A stretch of 38,701 bases of DNA from an uncultured Clostridia bacterium (GCA_947629215.1 CANRCU010000001.1:1-38701); one strand, 5' to 3'; counted from the first letter of the stretch, positions 16,192 through 24,676 are shown. Notes: generated from the sequence alone by a model not told the origin. A program made the numbers and translations.

Positions 16192-16220
16192 ATAATAACA
16201 TACGCCAAGCCCCGAAACAA
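16192..16220 (-). promoter_or_regulatory. Minus-strand promoter TTGTTT-17-TATTAT for the Nif11-like gene string
   Basis: Read on the minus strand, TTGTTT is at 16220..16215 and TATTAT at 16197..16192, about 85 nt upstream of ATG 16106. Confidence 0.4.
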
Positions 16221-16228
16221 GCGGATAT

Positions 16229-16259
16229 GTATGAATTGACGGTTTTTGGTATGAACTGA
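16229..16259 (-). promoter_or_regulatory. Pair of 11-nt direct repeats resembling LytTR (AgrA/ComE-type) binding boxes
   Basis: On the minus strand, TCAGTTCATAC and TCAATTCATAC lie 20 bp apart start to start. The pair ends 8 bp upstream of the -35 above. The 9-mers fit [TA][AC][CA]GTTN[AG][TG]. Confidence 0.45.
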
Positions 16260-16360
16260 TATTCGGATAAAATTTCTAATTTATTTTTAATACTGATTTT
16301 ATTGTGTTTTAAATTTTGCATTTTATAATATCGGCAATAATAAAAACGGAGGTATCTGAT

Positions 16361-18523
16361 ATGAAACGAAAATTGTTTGTTATGCTTGCGGCATTGATGT
16401 GCCAAAGCTGCATATGTATGACTGCCTGCGGAGCGGAGGTTTCTGCCGTGCAGGCGGCGGTGAACGTTAACGGGAAAAATGTATCCGACGAGGCGCTTTT
16501 GTCCGACGGGAACAAACTTATACCCGCAAGGGGCGTGCTGTCGGAGTTGGGGTTTGAGCTTATATATGAACCGTCGCTCGGTCAGCTCTATGTCTGCAAA
16601 AACAAAAAGCTGCTCATAATGACGGTCGGTTCGTCACAGGCGTCTTATAAAGGCGAAACAACGGAATTGTCGGCAGCGCCCGTTATGACAAACGGCAGCG
16701 TTTATATCCCTTACGACGTTATATCGGGGGTATTGGGGTATGATGTCAATATCGGCTCGGACGGCAGTGTATCGGTGCTTGACCCCGAAGACGAGAAAGA
16801 CAAAACAGAAAATACCGGAACAATAGACCTTGATGCATCCAAAGTCACGGGCGAGGGCGTAAGCATTGACGGAAATGTCGTCAAAATAACCAAAGGCGGC
16901 GATTTCACGGTCAAAGGCAGTTTTAACGGCAGTATCACGGTCGATACGAACGAAAGGGTGAAACTGAGGCTTGACGGGGTAAATATCAAGGCTTCGGACG
17001 GTCCCGCAATTGATTTTAAAAACACGGATAAGTCTTTTATAACGCTTGAGGAAGGCAGCAAAAATATTCTTGCCGACAGTGAAAATTACAGTGACGAGGA
17101 CGCCAAAGCAACGCTTTTTTCAAATGCCGATTTGGAGATAAAGGGCAGCGGTTCGCTTGAGATAACATCGGTATACAAACACGGCATTGCAAGCGATGAT
17201 GTGCTTGATATAGAAAACGGCAATGTGAGCATTACGGCAAAAAGCGACGGTCTGCACGCAAACGACGGTATCGAGATAAAAGGCGGCAATATTGTGATAA
17301 ATGCAGGGGAAGACGGTATAGACTGCGAGGGCTATACGGATATTGCTGACGGTGTGTTAAAGATAACGGCATCGGGCGAAGCCGAACCGAGCGCAAATAA
17401 TGATTTCGGAATGCATATGAACGGCAATGCGGGCATGAAACCATGGGGAGGACAACCGCAGGAAGAACTTCAACAGGGAGAATTTCCGCAAGGTGAACCA
17501 CCGCAGAGAGAATTTCAACAGGGTGAACTACCGCAGGGAGATTTTCCGCAGAGAGAATTTCAACAGAGTGAGCCTCTGCAGGGAATGCCCGAAGGCTTTA
17601 AAATGCAAGGCACAAAAATACCGACCGACGAACAGACGGAAAGCACGACCGACGCATATCCAAGCAGCAAAGGCATCAGTTCCGACGGCTATCTTATGAT
17701 AAGGGGCGGAAATATTGAAATAGATTCAAACGATACCTGCATAAAATCCGAAAGTTTTATAAATGTGAGCGGAGGCAGCCTGACACTTGATTCAAGCGTC
17801 AAAAAAGGCATAAAAGCAACCGACGACCTGTTTGTGAACGGCGGTACTCTGACTGTGAATGCAGCCGATGAGGGGCTTGAAAGCAAGCGTGTTATGACGA
17901 TAAACGGCGGCGACATAAAGATAACCTCAAAAGATGACGGCATAAACGCAGGCGGCGGCAACGGCGGTATGCGCGGTGACCCGAGCGAATACGGTGAGCA
18001 TCATATCATAGTAAACGGCGGTAAAATAACGATAGACGCAGGCGGCGACGGTATAGACTCAAACGGTAATTTGACCTTCAACGGCGGTGAATGCGTTATT
18101 TACGGACCGGAAAACGGCGGAAATTCGGCTATGGACGCAAACGGTGAAATAAACGTCAACGGCGGTATTCTGCTTGCATTCGGCAGCGTCGGTATGGTCG
18201 AAACGCCGAGCGAAAATTCCAAACAAAACGTTATAAATGCCGCTTTTGACAATGTACAAAACGGCGGTTCCGAGTTTCGTCTGACGGCGTCGGACGGCAG
18301 TGTGACCGTTTCCGACATCCCCGAAAAGACCTATCAGTCGGTAATATATTCTTCGCCCGATATAAAAGACGGCGAAAGTTACACCATATCGGCAAACGGT
18401 GTTGACGGCGGCAGCGCCAAAGTCGACGGAAAGATAACATCAATAGGCGAAAATGCCGAACGAGGTATGGGTTTTGGCGGTATGAAAAGGGGTATGGGAC
18501 ACCGCCCCGTTCAGATAAACTAA
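16361..18523 (+). CDS. Lipoprotein with an N-terminal stalk (Cu_amine_oxidN1-like) domain and a Cthe_2159-type carbohydrate-binding beta-helix domain
   Basis: GGAGG lies 8 nt before ATG 16361. Lipobox-like signal MLAALMCQSCICMTAC|G. Repeated turns such as DGIDCEG, DDGINAGGG and GDGIDSNGNLTFNGGECVIYGP...NSAMDANGEINVNGGILLAFG are typical of the PF14262 family (from memory). Confidence 0.7.
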   Translation: MKRKLFVMLAALMCQSCICMTACGAEVSAVQAAVNVNGKNVSDEALLSDGNKLIPARGVLSELGFELIYEPSLGQLYVCKNKKLLIMTVGSSQASYKGETTELSAAPVMTNGSVYIPYDVISGVLGYDVNIGSDGSVSVLDPEDEKDKTENTGTIDLDASKVTGEGVSIDGNVVKITKGGDFTVKGSFNGSITVDTNERVKLRLDGVNIKASDGPAIDFKNTDKSFITLEEGSKNILADSENYSDEDAKATLFSNADLEIKGSGSLEITSVYKHGIASDDVLDIENGNVSITAKSDGLHANDGIEIKGGNIVINAGEDGIDCEGYTDIADGVLKITASGEAEPSANNDFGMHMNGNAGMKPWGGQPQEELQQGEFPQGEPPQREFQQGELPQGDFPQREFQQSEPLQGMPEGFKMQGTKIPTDEQTESTTDAYPSSKGISSDGYLMIRGGNIEIDSNDTCIKSESFINVSGGSLTLDSSVKKGIKATDDLFVNGGTLTVNAADEGLESKRVMTINGGDIKITSKDDGINAGGGNGGMRGDPSEYGEHHIIVNGGKITIDAGGDGIDSNGNLTFNGGECVIYGPENGGNSAMDANGEINVNGGILLAFGSVGMVETPSENSKQNVINAAFDNVQNGGSEFRLTASDGSVTVSDIPEKTYQSVIYSSPDIKDGESYTISANGVDGGSAKVDGKITSIGENAERGMGFGGMKRGMGHRPVQIN
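17471..17584 (+). repeat. About 2.5 copies of a 45-bp in-frame repeat encoding QQGEFPQGEPPQREF
   Basis: 17471..17515 and 17516..17560 align almost base for base, followed by a partial third unit. The repeat is inserted between beta-helix segments. Confidence 0.8.
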
Positions 18524-18672
18524 AAACAATGGGCTACCGCAAACAGTATTTGGTTTTCGCTGTTTGCGGCAGCCAAAATATTTATCCCTGCTTATTTACT
18601 TCTGTAATGATTAAATCCCATAATATTAGTATTGCAAAAATAAAAATGGCATTTATCGCCCCTTTCAAACTG

Positions 18673-19104
18673 TCAAATAACCCCTATTTCTATTTTAGGA
18701 ACAGGGGTTGTTTTTAACAAAATTCTATTCAAAACAACAGAAATTTCCCAAACCATATGAATATTCGGACGTGTATTATCACCTGTTTTCAAGTGTATTG
18801 CAAATTTTTTGAGATTCATGCATGCAAATTTAAGCTTGACCCATTTTGATACCTGAACCAAACCTGTTAAAGTTGTATATCTCATAGAATGTTTTTCCTT
18901 TGCATCCGCAAATACCCTTTATTTCCGGAAATTTTTCGGTAACTGTGTCATACAGCGGATCAAAAGCGATACTGTCGTGGATATTTCCGGGCGTGACAAC
19001 ACAACCCAATATATAACCGTGTTCATCACAGGCTGTATGGGCTTCATACGCAAACTACATTTTATGCTCTCCTTTGTGGAAAACACCGCAGTCGGGATCG
19101 AATA
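18673..19104 (-). pseudogene. Decayed IS1182-family (IS5-like) transposase remnant
   Basis: The minus-strand frame reads FDPDCGVFHKGEHKM*FAYEAHTACDEHGYILGCVVTPGNIHDSIAFDPLYDTVTEKFPEIKGIC, the classic IS1182 DDE core, with an in-frame TAG. A C-terminal-like piece, LTGLVQVSKWVKLKFACMNLKKFA, lies only ~250 bp away. The N-terminal ~250 codons and several hundred bp of the middle are absent. Confidence 0.6.
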
Positions 19105-19178
19105 TAAAAAAGCCCAGTACTCCTGAGCTTTTTTGACAGTCTGACTCATCCTATAAAGGACGAGTCTTTTTTATTTAC

Positions 19179-20663
19179 TTAGAATGTCTTTTTGTTTGCT
19201 GCAAGCTCGAATTTATCAAGAACTTTTTGACTTGGTTCTTTATCTATAAGCGAAACTATAACAATAAGCGCAAGAGAGATGAAGAATGCGGGTACAAGCT
19301 CGTAAAGGCCGGTGCTTGCGGCAAGGAACTTATTCCACAGTATGACAACGGCTGCGCCGCTTATCATACCGGCAAGAGCGCCGTTCATAGTCATTCTCTT
19401 CCAGAAAAGGCTGAGAAGCATCGCGGGGCCGAAAGCGGCGCCGAAGCCTGCCCATGCGTTTGAAACAAGCGCCATGACCGTATTGTTGGGGTCAAGGGCG
19501 ATGATATAAGCTATTATCGAAACCACGACAATGGCTATACGGCTGAGAGTAAGCATCTGTTTATCGCTCGGTTTGTTTTTGGCGATAACGCCGTAAATAT
19601 CGCTTGTAACGGCAGAGGCGGTAACAAGCAGCTGAGAATCCGACGTACTCATTATTGCGGAAACTATCGCGCAAAGCAGTATACCCGCAATAAGACCGGG
19701 TGTAAGTTTCTGAACGAGTACCATAAATATGGTTTCGGCAGAAACGCTGTCAAGCCGGACTGCACCCGTGTGTTCAAGGTAAACATAACCTATACAGCCC
19801 ACAGCCACCGATGCAACAAGCGAAATAACCACCCATACCATGGCTATTATGCGTGATTTTTTTATCATCTCTTCGCTCCTTATCGACATAAAGCGCACAA
19901 GGATATGCGGCATACCGAAATAGCCGAGACCCCAACCGAGGTTCGATATTATATCGACAAGTTTGTATGGCTCGGAGCCGTTTGCCATAAGGTTCATATA
20001 GCCGACCTTCTGAGATGTTATGGCTGTAAAGCTGTCGCCGCCGATGGCTGCATATGCTATTATAGGCACTATCAGCAGCGCAAAGAACATAAGCATGCCC
20101 TGGAAGAAATCAGTCCAGACAACGGCGAAATATCCGCCCATGAATGTATATATAAGTATAACTATCGCGCCGACGGTAAGACCGATGTGATATTTTATGC
20201 CGAATACATTTTCTATCAGTTTTGCGGCTGCGTTAAAGCCCGAAGCCGTATAAATAAGAAAGAAAATAAATATTATGACCGCGCATACAATTCTTACAGC
20301 CGATGCGTCCGAATTGAAACGGTTCTGAAAATACTGCGGTATGGTTATGGAATCGTCGGCGATCGCCGAATAACGTCTTAAACGTTTTGCGACTATCAGC
20401 CAGTTGAGATATGTACCTATACCAAGGCCTATGGCTATCCATGCCGAGCTTACGCCGTTAAGATATACTGCACCGGGCAGACCCATCAACAGCCAGCTTG
20501 ACATATCCGATGCCTGCGCCGAAAGCGCCGTAAGCCAGCTGCCCGTTTGTCTGCCGCCTAAAAAATAGTCCGACACATTTTTTGAGCGTTTTGAAAACGC
20601 CGCTCCTATGCCTATCATTATACCGAGATAAATGACAAAGGCAATTATGATCCAGAAACTCAT
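19179..20663 (-). CDS. putP: Sodium/proline symporter (SSS family)
   Basis: SDYFLGGRQTGSWLTALSAQASDMSSWLLMGLPGAVY plus about 13 TM segments of the PutP type. RBS AAGGAGG. Confidence 0.85.
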   Translation of the reverse strand: MSFWIIIAFVIYLGIMIGIGAAFSKRSKNVSDYFLGGRQTGSWLTALSAQASDMSSWLLMGLPGAVYLNGVSSAWIAIGLGIGTYLNWLIVAKRLRRYSAIADDSITIPQYFQNRFNSDASAVRIVCAVIIFIFFLIYTASGFNAAAKLIENVFGIKYHIGLTVGAIVILIYTFMGGYFAVVWTDFFQGMLMFFALLIVPIIAYAAIGGDSFTAITSQKVGYMNLMANGSEPYKLVDIISNLGWGLGYFGMPHILVRFMSIRSEEMIKKSRIIAMVWVVISLVASVAVGCIGYVYLEHTGAVRLDSVSAETIFMVLVQKLTPGLIAGILLCAIVSAIMSTSDSQLLVTASAVTSDIYGVIAKNKPSDKQMLTLSRIAIVVVSIIAYIIALDPNNTVMALVSNAWAGFGAAFGPAMLLSLFWKRMTMNGALAGMISGAAVVILWNKFLAASTGLYELVPAFFISLALIVIVSLIDKEPSQKVLDKFELAANKKTF

Positions 20664-20676
20664 TAAGTACCTCCTT

Positions 20677-20712
20677 AAAAAACCTGCCCTGCCGTTTTAT
20701 CAGCGGCACGGG
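20677..20712 (-). promoter_or_regulatory. Terminator-like hairpin plus U-run in the putP leader, immediately before the RBS (possible attenuator)
   Basis: The minus strand reads CCCGTGCCG-CTGATAAAA-CGGCAGGG CAGG TTTTTT AAGGAGG. The stem has one bulge, and the U-run is 4 nt from the stem. Confidence 0.25.
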
Positions 20713-20862
20713 ATATTGCGTGTTGCTTATGCAAAGCACCGACATTTTGTCGGATACTTTCAAAAACCTATTATATAATAACATTATACGGCGCAGATGT
20801 CAAATGTTTTGCTCTCACCCGACGGCGTTTTTTTCATACCTTAAAATAAAAAGGGCTAAATT

Positions 20863-21423
20863 ATGGGCGCATATATATTTCTGACCGCTGCGGCGCTAAG
20901 CCTGGACAGCTTTGCGGTGGGTGTGGCTTACGGGGTGAGGAAAATAAGCTTCAGCCGCGGCGGGATGTTTGTGTTTATGATAACGGGGCTTTGCCTGTCG
21001 CTGCTTTCGTGTGCGGCAGGTAAGGCCGCTTCGGGGTTGATAAAGGGCGGCATCGCAGGCGGCGTTATACTTACTGTAACGGGCATGGCAATGCTCTTGC
21101 AGCAATTCGGGCTTGGCGATATACCGCTGCTTAGGCTTATTTCGTCACCCGAAAAGGGCGACGTGGACAAAAACCGCAAAATAGATACCAAAGAGGCATT
21201 CTTTATGGCGCTGGCGCTTTCGTCCGACAGCTGCGCGGCTTGTATAGGCGGTGTGGCGGGCGGAAATATACTGCTGCCGCTGACCGTGTTTTTGTTTCAG
21301 CCCGTATTTCTGAATACGGGTATTGCATCGGGAAGGAAATTTTCTCCCGAAGGGAGCGAAAAAATATGCGGCATAGCCGCGGGGCTTTTGCTCGTAGCAC
21401 TCGGATTGGGAAATATTGTATAG
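20863..21423 (+). CDS. ytaF: YtaF-like sporulation membrane protein (MntP/DUF204 superfamily)
   Basis: LSLDSFAVGVAYGVRKISF at the N-terminus and a second half with ALALSSDSCAACIGG, matching the two-repeat organisation of YtaF/MntP. Confidence 0.65.
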   Translation: MGAYIFLTAAALSLDSFAVGVAYGVRKISFSRGGMFVFMITGLCLSLLSCAAGKAASGLIKGGIAGGVILTVTGMAMLLQQFGLGDIPLLRLISSPEKGDVDKNRKIDTKEAFFMALALSSDSCAACIGGVAGGNILLPLTVFLFQPVFLNTGIASGRKFSPEGSEKICGIAAGLLLVALGLGNIV

Positions 21424-21464
21424 ATTTTGGCTTAAAACAGTGAAATTTTTTCCGAATTAATGCA

Positions 21465-21493
21465 TTGACAAATCGAGCAAACTGTTAGAAAAT
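21465..21493 (+). promoter_or_regulatory. Possible sigma-A promoter (TTGACA-17-GAAAAT) for the regulator/kinase/GerMN operon
   Basis: TTGACA at 21465..21470 and GAAAAT at 21488..21493. Confidence 0.35.
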
Positions 21494-21537
21494 ATAAGTA
21501 TATGTCTTTGCATTGTTTTGATCGGGGGAGAAGAAAA

Positions 21538-22227
21538 ATGGCTTATAAAATATTGGTCGTCGATGATGAAAAGCTGATAGTAAAAGGTATACGTTTCAGC
21601 CTTGAAAAAGAAAATATGGAGGTAGATGTCGCTTATGACGGCGAAGAGGCGCTGAGCCTTGCCGCCGAAAACGATTACAGCCTTATTTTGCTTGATGTTA
21701 TGTTACCCAAGATAGACGGGCTTGAAGTCTGTCAAAGGATAAGGGAGTTTTCAAACGTACCCGTCATCATGGTCACAGCCAAGGGCGAAGATATGGATAA
21801 GATAATGGGGCTTGAATACGGCGCCGACGATTATATAACCAAGCCTTTCAATATATTGGAGCTTAAAGCGCGCATCAAAGCCATATTGCGGCGCAGCGTG
21901 CGAACGGTGTCCGTTACCGAAGAAAAGAAAAAAACGCTCAAAATGCGTGAACTTGAAATAGACCTCGATTCCCGCCGCTGTTTTATAAACGGCAAGGAGA
22001 AAAAGCTGACCGCCAAAGAATTTGATATGTTGGAGCTTTTTATGGAAAATCCGGGCAAGGTATACAGCCGTGAAAATCTGCTCAATACGATATGGGGCAT
22101 AGGCTATCCCGGCGATGCGCGCGCAGTCGACGTACATGTGAGGCGTTTGCGCGAAAAAATCGAAGAAAAGCCGAGCGAACCGCAGTATATCCACACCAAA
22201 TGGGGGGTAGGTTATTATTTCAGGTAA
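21538..22227 (+). CDS. OmpR/PhoB-family response regulator
   Basis: MAYKILVVDDE...LILLDVMLPKIDGLEV...VIMVTAKGE..DKI.GLE.GADDYITKPF followed by a winged-helix C-terminus ...VDVHVRRLREKIE...IHTKWGVGYYF. The start is placed at ATG 21538 behind GGGGGAGAAG. Confidence 0.9.
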   Translation: MAYKILVVDDEKLIVKGIRFSLEKENMEVDVAYDGEEALSLAAENDYSLILLDVMLPKIDGLEVCQRIREFSNVPVIMVTAKGEDMDKIMGLEYGADDYITKPFNILELKARIKAILRRSVRTVSVTEEKKKTLKMRELEIDLDSRRCFINGKEKKLTAKEFDMLELFMENPGKVYSRENLLNTIWGIGYPGDARAVDVHVRRLREKIEEKPSEPQYIHTKWGVGYYFR

Positions 22228-22291
22228 TTTTGGCATAAGGTGGTATCAGAGTTTCAAGCCCAAGCTTTTTGTTGCCTCCTTTCTTATAGGT

Positions 22292-23662
22292 ATGCTGCCG
22301 CTTTTGGTGTATTCAATGTTCATATCGGACAGTTTAAAGACCTATTTTCGCAATACCAACGAAAAAGAGCTTTTGTATCAGGCAAACAAAGTGGCAGTCA
22401 GCATACAAAAAAACAACTATCTCACGGACGAAAACAAAAAACAACAGTTTGTCGATGAGATGGATATAAAAAGCGAGGAAGAGGGCTTTCGTATAATCGT
22501 GACCGACAGCCTTGGCCATGCCGTGACGGATACGAACCGTTCGGCGATAGGCAAAATGTGCATAGTACCCGAGATACTTGTTGCCCTTGACGGCAAAGAC
22601 GAGGCAAACCTGAGAGAAAGCGAGGGCGTTATATATGCGTCGGCTTATATCGAGGACGAGGAGTCGCGCAAGATAGGCGCTGTGCTTTTGGTGTCGTCTT
22701 TTGACGAGGTGAACAATATCATATCCGATGTCGACCACAACGGTTTTATAATAATGATAATACTTGTACTCACGCTTGCGGTCATCACGTTTTTTTTATC
22801 ACAGGCAATATTTTCGCCGCTGAACAACATTCTTGAAACCATACAGCGCATATCAGACGGTCAGTTCCACAACCGCCTTGATATAAAGGGGCATAACGAG
22901 CTGAGCCGCCTTGGCGAAGCCATAAACGTTATGACACAGCAGCTGGAGCATGTTGACACCGCAAGGCAGGAATTTGTTTCAAATGTGTCGCACGAGCTGA
23001 AAACGCCGCTGAGCAGTATGAAGGTGTTGAGCGAATCGCTGCTTTTGCAGCAGGATATGGATGTGGAGATGTACCGCGAGTTTATGCAGGACATAAATTC
23101 CGAAGTAGACCGTATGACGAACATAATAAACGACCTGCTTGCGCTTGTAAAGCTGGATTACCGTGAAGAAGGCATGCTGAACATAGCGGAAACGAACCTT
23201 ACCGAGCTTGTTGCCGCCATAATAAAACGGCTGACCCCGCTTGCCGATAAAAAGCATATCGAGCTGGAGTTTGAATGTTCAAAGGAAATAATCATAGAAG
23301 CCGACGAGATGAAACTGACGCTTGCGTTGTCAAATCTTGTGGAAAACGCCATAAAATACACTCCCGGATACGGCAGTGTCAGCGTAACGGTGGATTGCGA
23401 CCATCAGAATGCATTTTTCAGCGTCAAAGACACGGGCATAGGCATCAGCGCCGAAGAACAGAGCAAGATATTCAACCGTTTTTACCGTGTTGACAAAACA
23501 CGTGACCGCGAAACGGGCGGAACGGGGCTTGGGCTTGCAATAACACATTCCACGGTGATGATGCATAACGGCAGTATAAAGGTAACAAGCGCCGAAGGCG
23601 AAGGCGCAACTTTTGTTGTGCGTCTGCCCATCAAGCAACATCAGGGAGGCGCCGGAAAATGA
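22292..23662 (+). CDS. Sensor histidine kinase (extracytoplasmic loop, HAMP, HisKA, HATPase_c); 5' end uncertain
   Basis: H-box FVSNVSHELKTPLSSM, N-box LSNLVENAIKYT and G-boxes KDTGIGI and GGTGLGLAI. Coordinates start at the first ATG, but the same frame is open from 22211 and encodes the rest of TM1 (see finding). Confidence 0.85.
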   Translation: MLPLLVYSMFISDSLKTYFRNTNEKELLYQANKVAVSIQKNNYLTDENKKQQFVDEMDIKSEEEGFRIIVTDSLGHAVTDTNRSAIGKMCIVPEILVALDGKDEANLRESEGVIYASAYIEDEESRKIGAVLLVSSFDEVNNIISDVDHNGFIIMIILVLTLAVITFFLSQAIFSPLNNILETIQRISDGQFHNRLDIKGHNELSRLGEAINVMTQQLEHVDTARQEFVSNVSHELKTPLSSMKVLSESLLLQQDMDVEMYREFMQDINSEVDRMTNIINDLLALVKLDYREEGMLNIAETNLTELVAAIIKRLTPLADKKHIELEFECSKEIIIEADEMKLTLALSNLVENAIKYTPGYGSVSVTVDCDHQNAFFSVKDTGIGISAEEQSKIFNRFYRVDKTRDRETGGTGLGLAITHSTVMMHNGSIKVTSAEGEGATFVVRLPIKQHQGGAGK

Positions 23663-24648
23663 GTTTGAAAAAAAACAAGACAATAAACAAAAAAGCCGTG
23701 TTTGCGGCAGGGCTTGCCGCCGTGCTGCTGACAGCGGCTTGCATATATCTTTTTACGGTGTTTTTTGCCGACGATAGCAATGACGAAGGCAAAATAGAGC
23801 TGTATTATATAAACAACATAACGGGCGTGCTTGAGGCGGAATCACGCAGAACGGAGCTGCCCGAAAACAGGGAAGAAGCTGTACGCACGGTTTTTAACGA
23901 GTATGTGAACGGGTCTGCAAATTCAAATCTTTCTCTTGCCGACCCCGAACTCAAAAACTTTACTTCGCTGACCTATCCCGTCGACGGCAACGAGAGCATA
24001 GCCAAAATAAATTTTACGGACAGTTTCAACAAGCTGAGCGCATCCAAACAGCTGCTATGCATATCGGGCATGGTATATACGCTGACGGGGCTTGATTATT
24101 TAAGGAATGTGTATTTTTATGTAAACGACGAGCCGCTTGTGAATATGAACGGCGAGGCGGTAGAGCGCTATAACAGGAACAATGTTGCCATAAACCCGAG
24201 CCTTGACCCCGAAAAGACCGACAGACAGCTTGTTGTGCTTTATTTTACAAATGCGGGGCAAAACAAGCTTATGCCCGAAGAACGCAGCATTGAGATAAAA
24301 CAGAGCCGTACCACCGAATATCAGATAGTCGAGCAGCTTATACAGGGGCCTCTTGACAGCAGCCTTGTACCCACCGTTTCAAGCGATGTGAAAATAAGGG
24401 ATATAAAGACCGAGGGCGATATTTGTTATGTCAATCTTTCTTCGGAATTTATGACAAAAAACAACGTCACTCCCGCCGAAGAAACAATGACGATATATTC
24501 CATTGTAAATTCACTTACGGAGCTTGACACAGTGACCAAGGTACAGTTTCTTATAGAGGGCGAAAAGCTGACGGAATACAAGGGTCACCTTGATTTCAGC
24601 AAGACTTTCGAGCGTGATACGAGCCTTATATACGAAGGCAAAAAATGA
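23659..24648 (+). CDS. Membrane-anchored protein with two GerMN domains
   Basis: ATGA overlap with the kinase stop. One N-terminal TM. The patterns IELYYIN...LEAESR and LVVLYFTNAGQNKLMPEERSIE...IVEQLIQGP...VKIRDIKTEGDICYVNLSSEF are typical GerMN signatures. Confidence 0.6.
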   Translation: MSLKKNKTINKKAVFAAGLAAVLLTAACIYLFTVFFADDSNDEGKIELYYINNITGVLEAESRRTELPENREEAVRTVFNEYVNGSANSNLSLADPELKNFTSLTYPVDGNESIAKINFTDSFNKLSASKQLLCISGMVYTLTGLDYLRNVYFYVNDEPLVNMNGEAVERYNRNNVAINPSLDPEKTDRQLVVLYFTNAGQNKLMPEERSIEIKQSRTTEYQIVEQLIQGPLDSSLVPTVSSDVKIRDIKTEGDICYVNLSSEFMTKNNVTPAEETMTIYSIVNSLTELDTVTKVQFLIEGEKLTEYKGHLDFSKTFERDTSLIYEGKK

Positions 24649-24676
24649 TTTTTTATGAAATTTTTTGTTCATATAC

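Noticed and set aside
16316-16360. An upstream extension of the beta-helix lipoprotein ORF (MHFIISAIIKTEVSD).
   Set aside because: It starts inside the putative promoter. GGAGG lies correctly spaced before ATG 16361, which begins a lipoprotein signal peptide.
18529-18717. A 62-aa plus-strand ORF after the beta-helix gene.
   Set aside because: It overlaps the terminator-like hairpin (18537..18569) and the end of the IS remnant. It has no RBS and no recognisable features.
20664-20862. A search for a yybP-ykoY (Mn) riboswitch upstream of the MntP/YtaF-family gene.
   Set aside because: No GGGGAGUAG-type conserved core or four-helix arrangement is visible on the plus strand. The region is better explained as the divergent putP promoter and leader.
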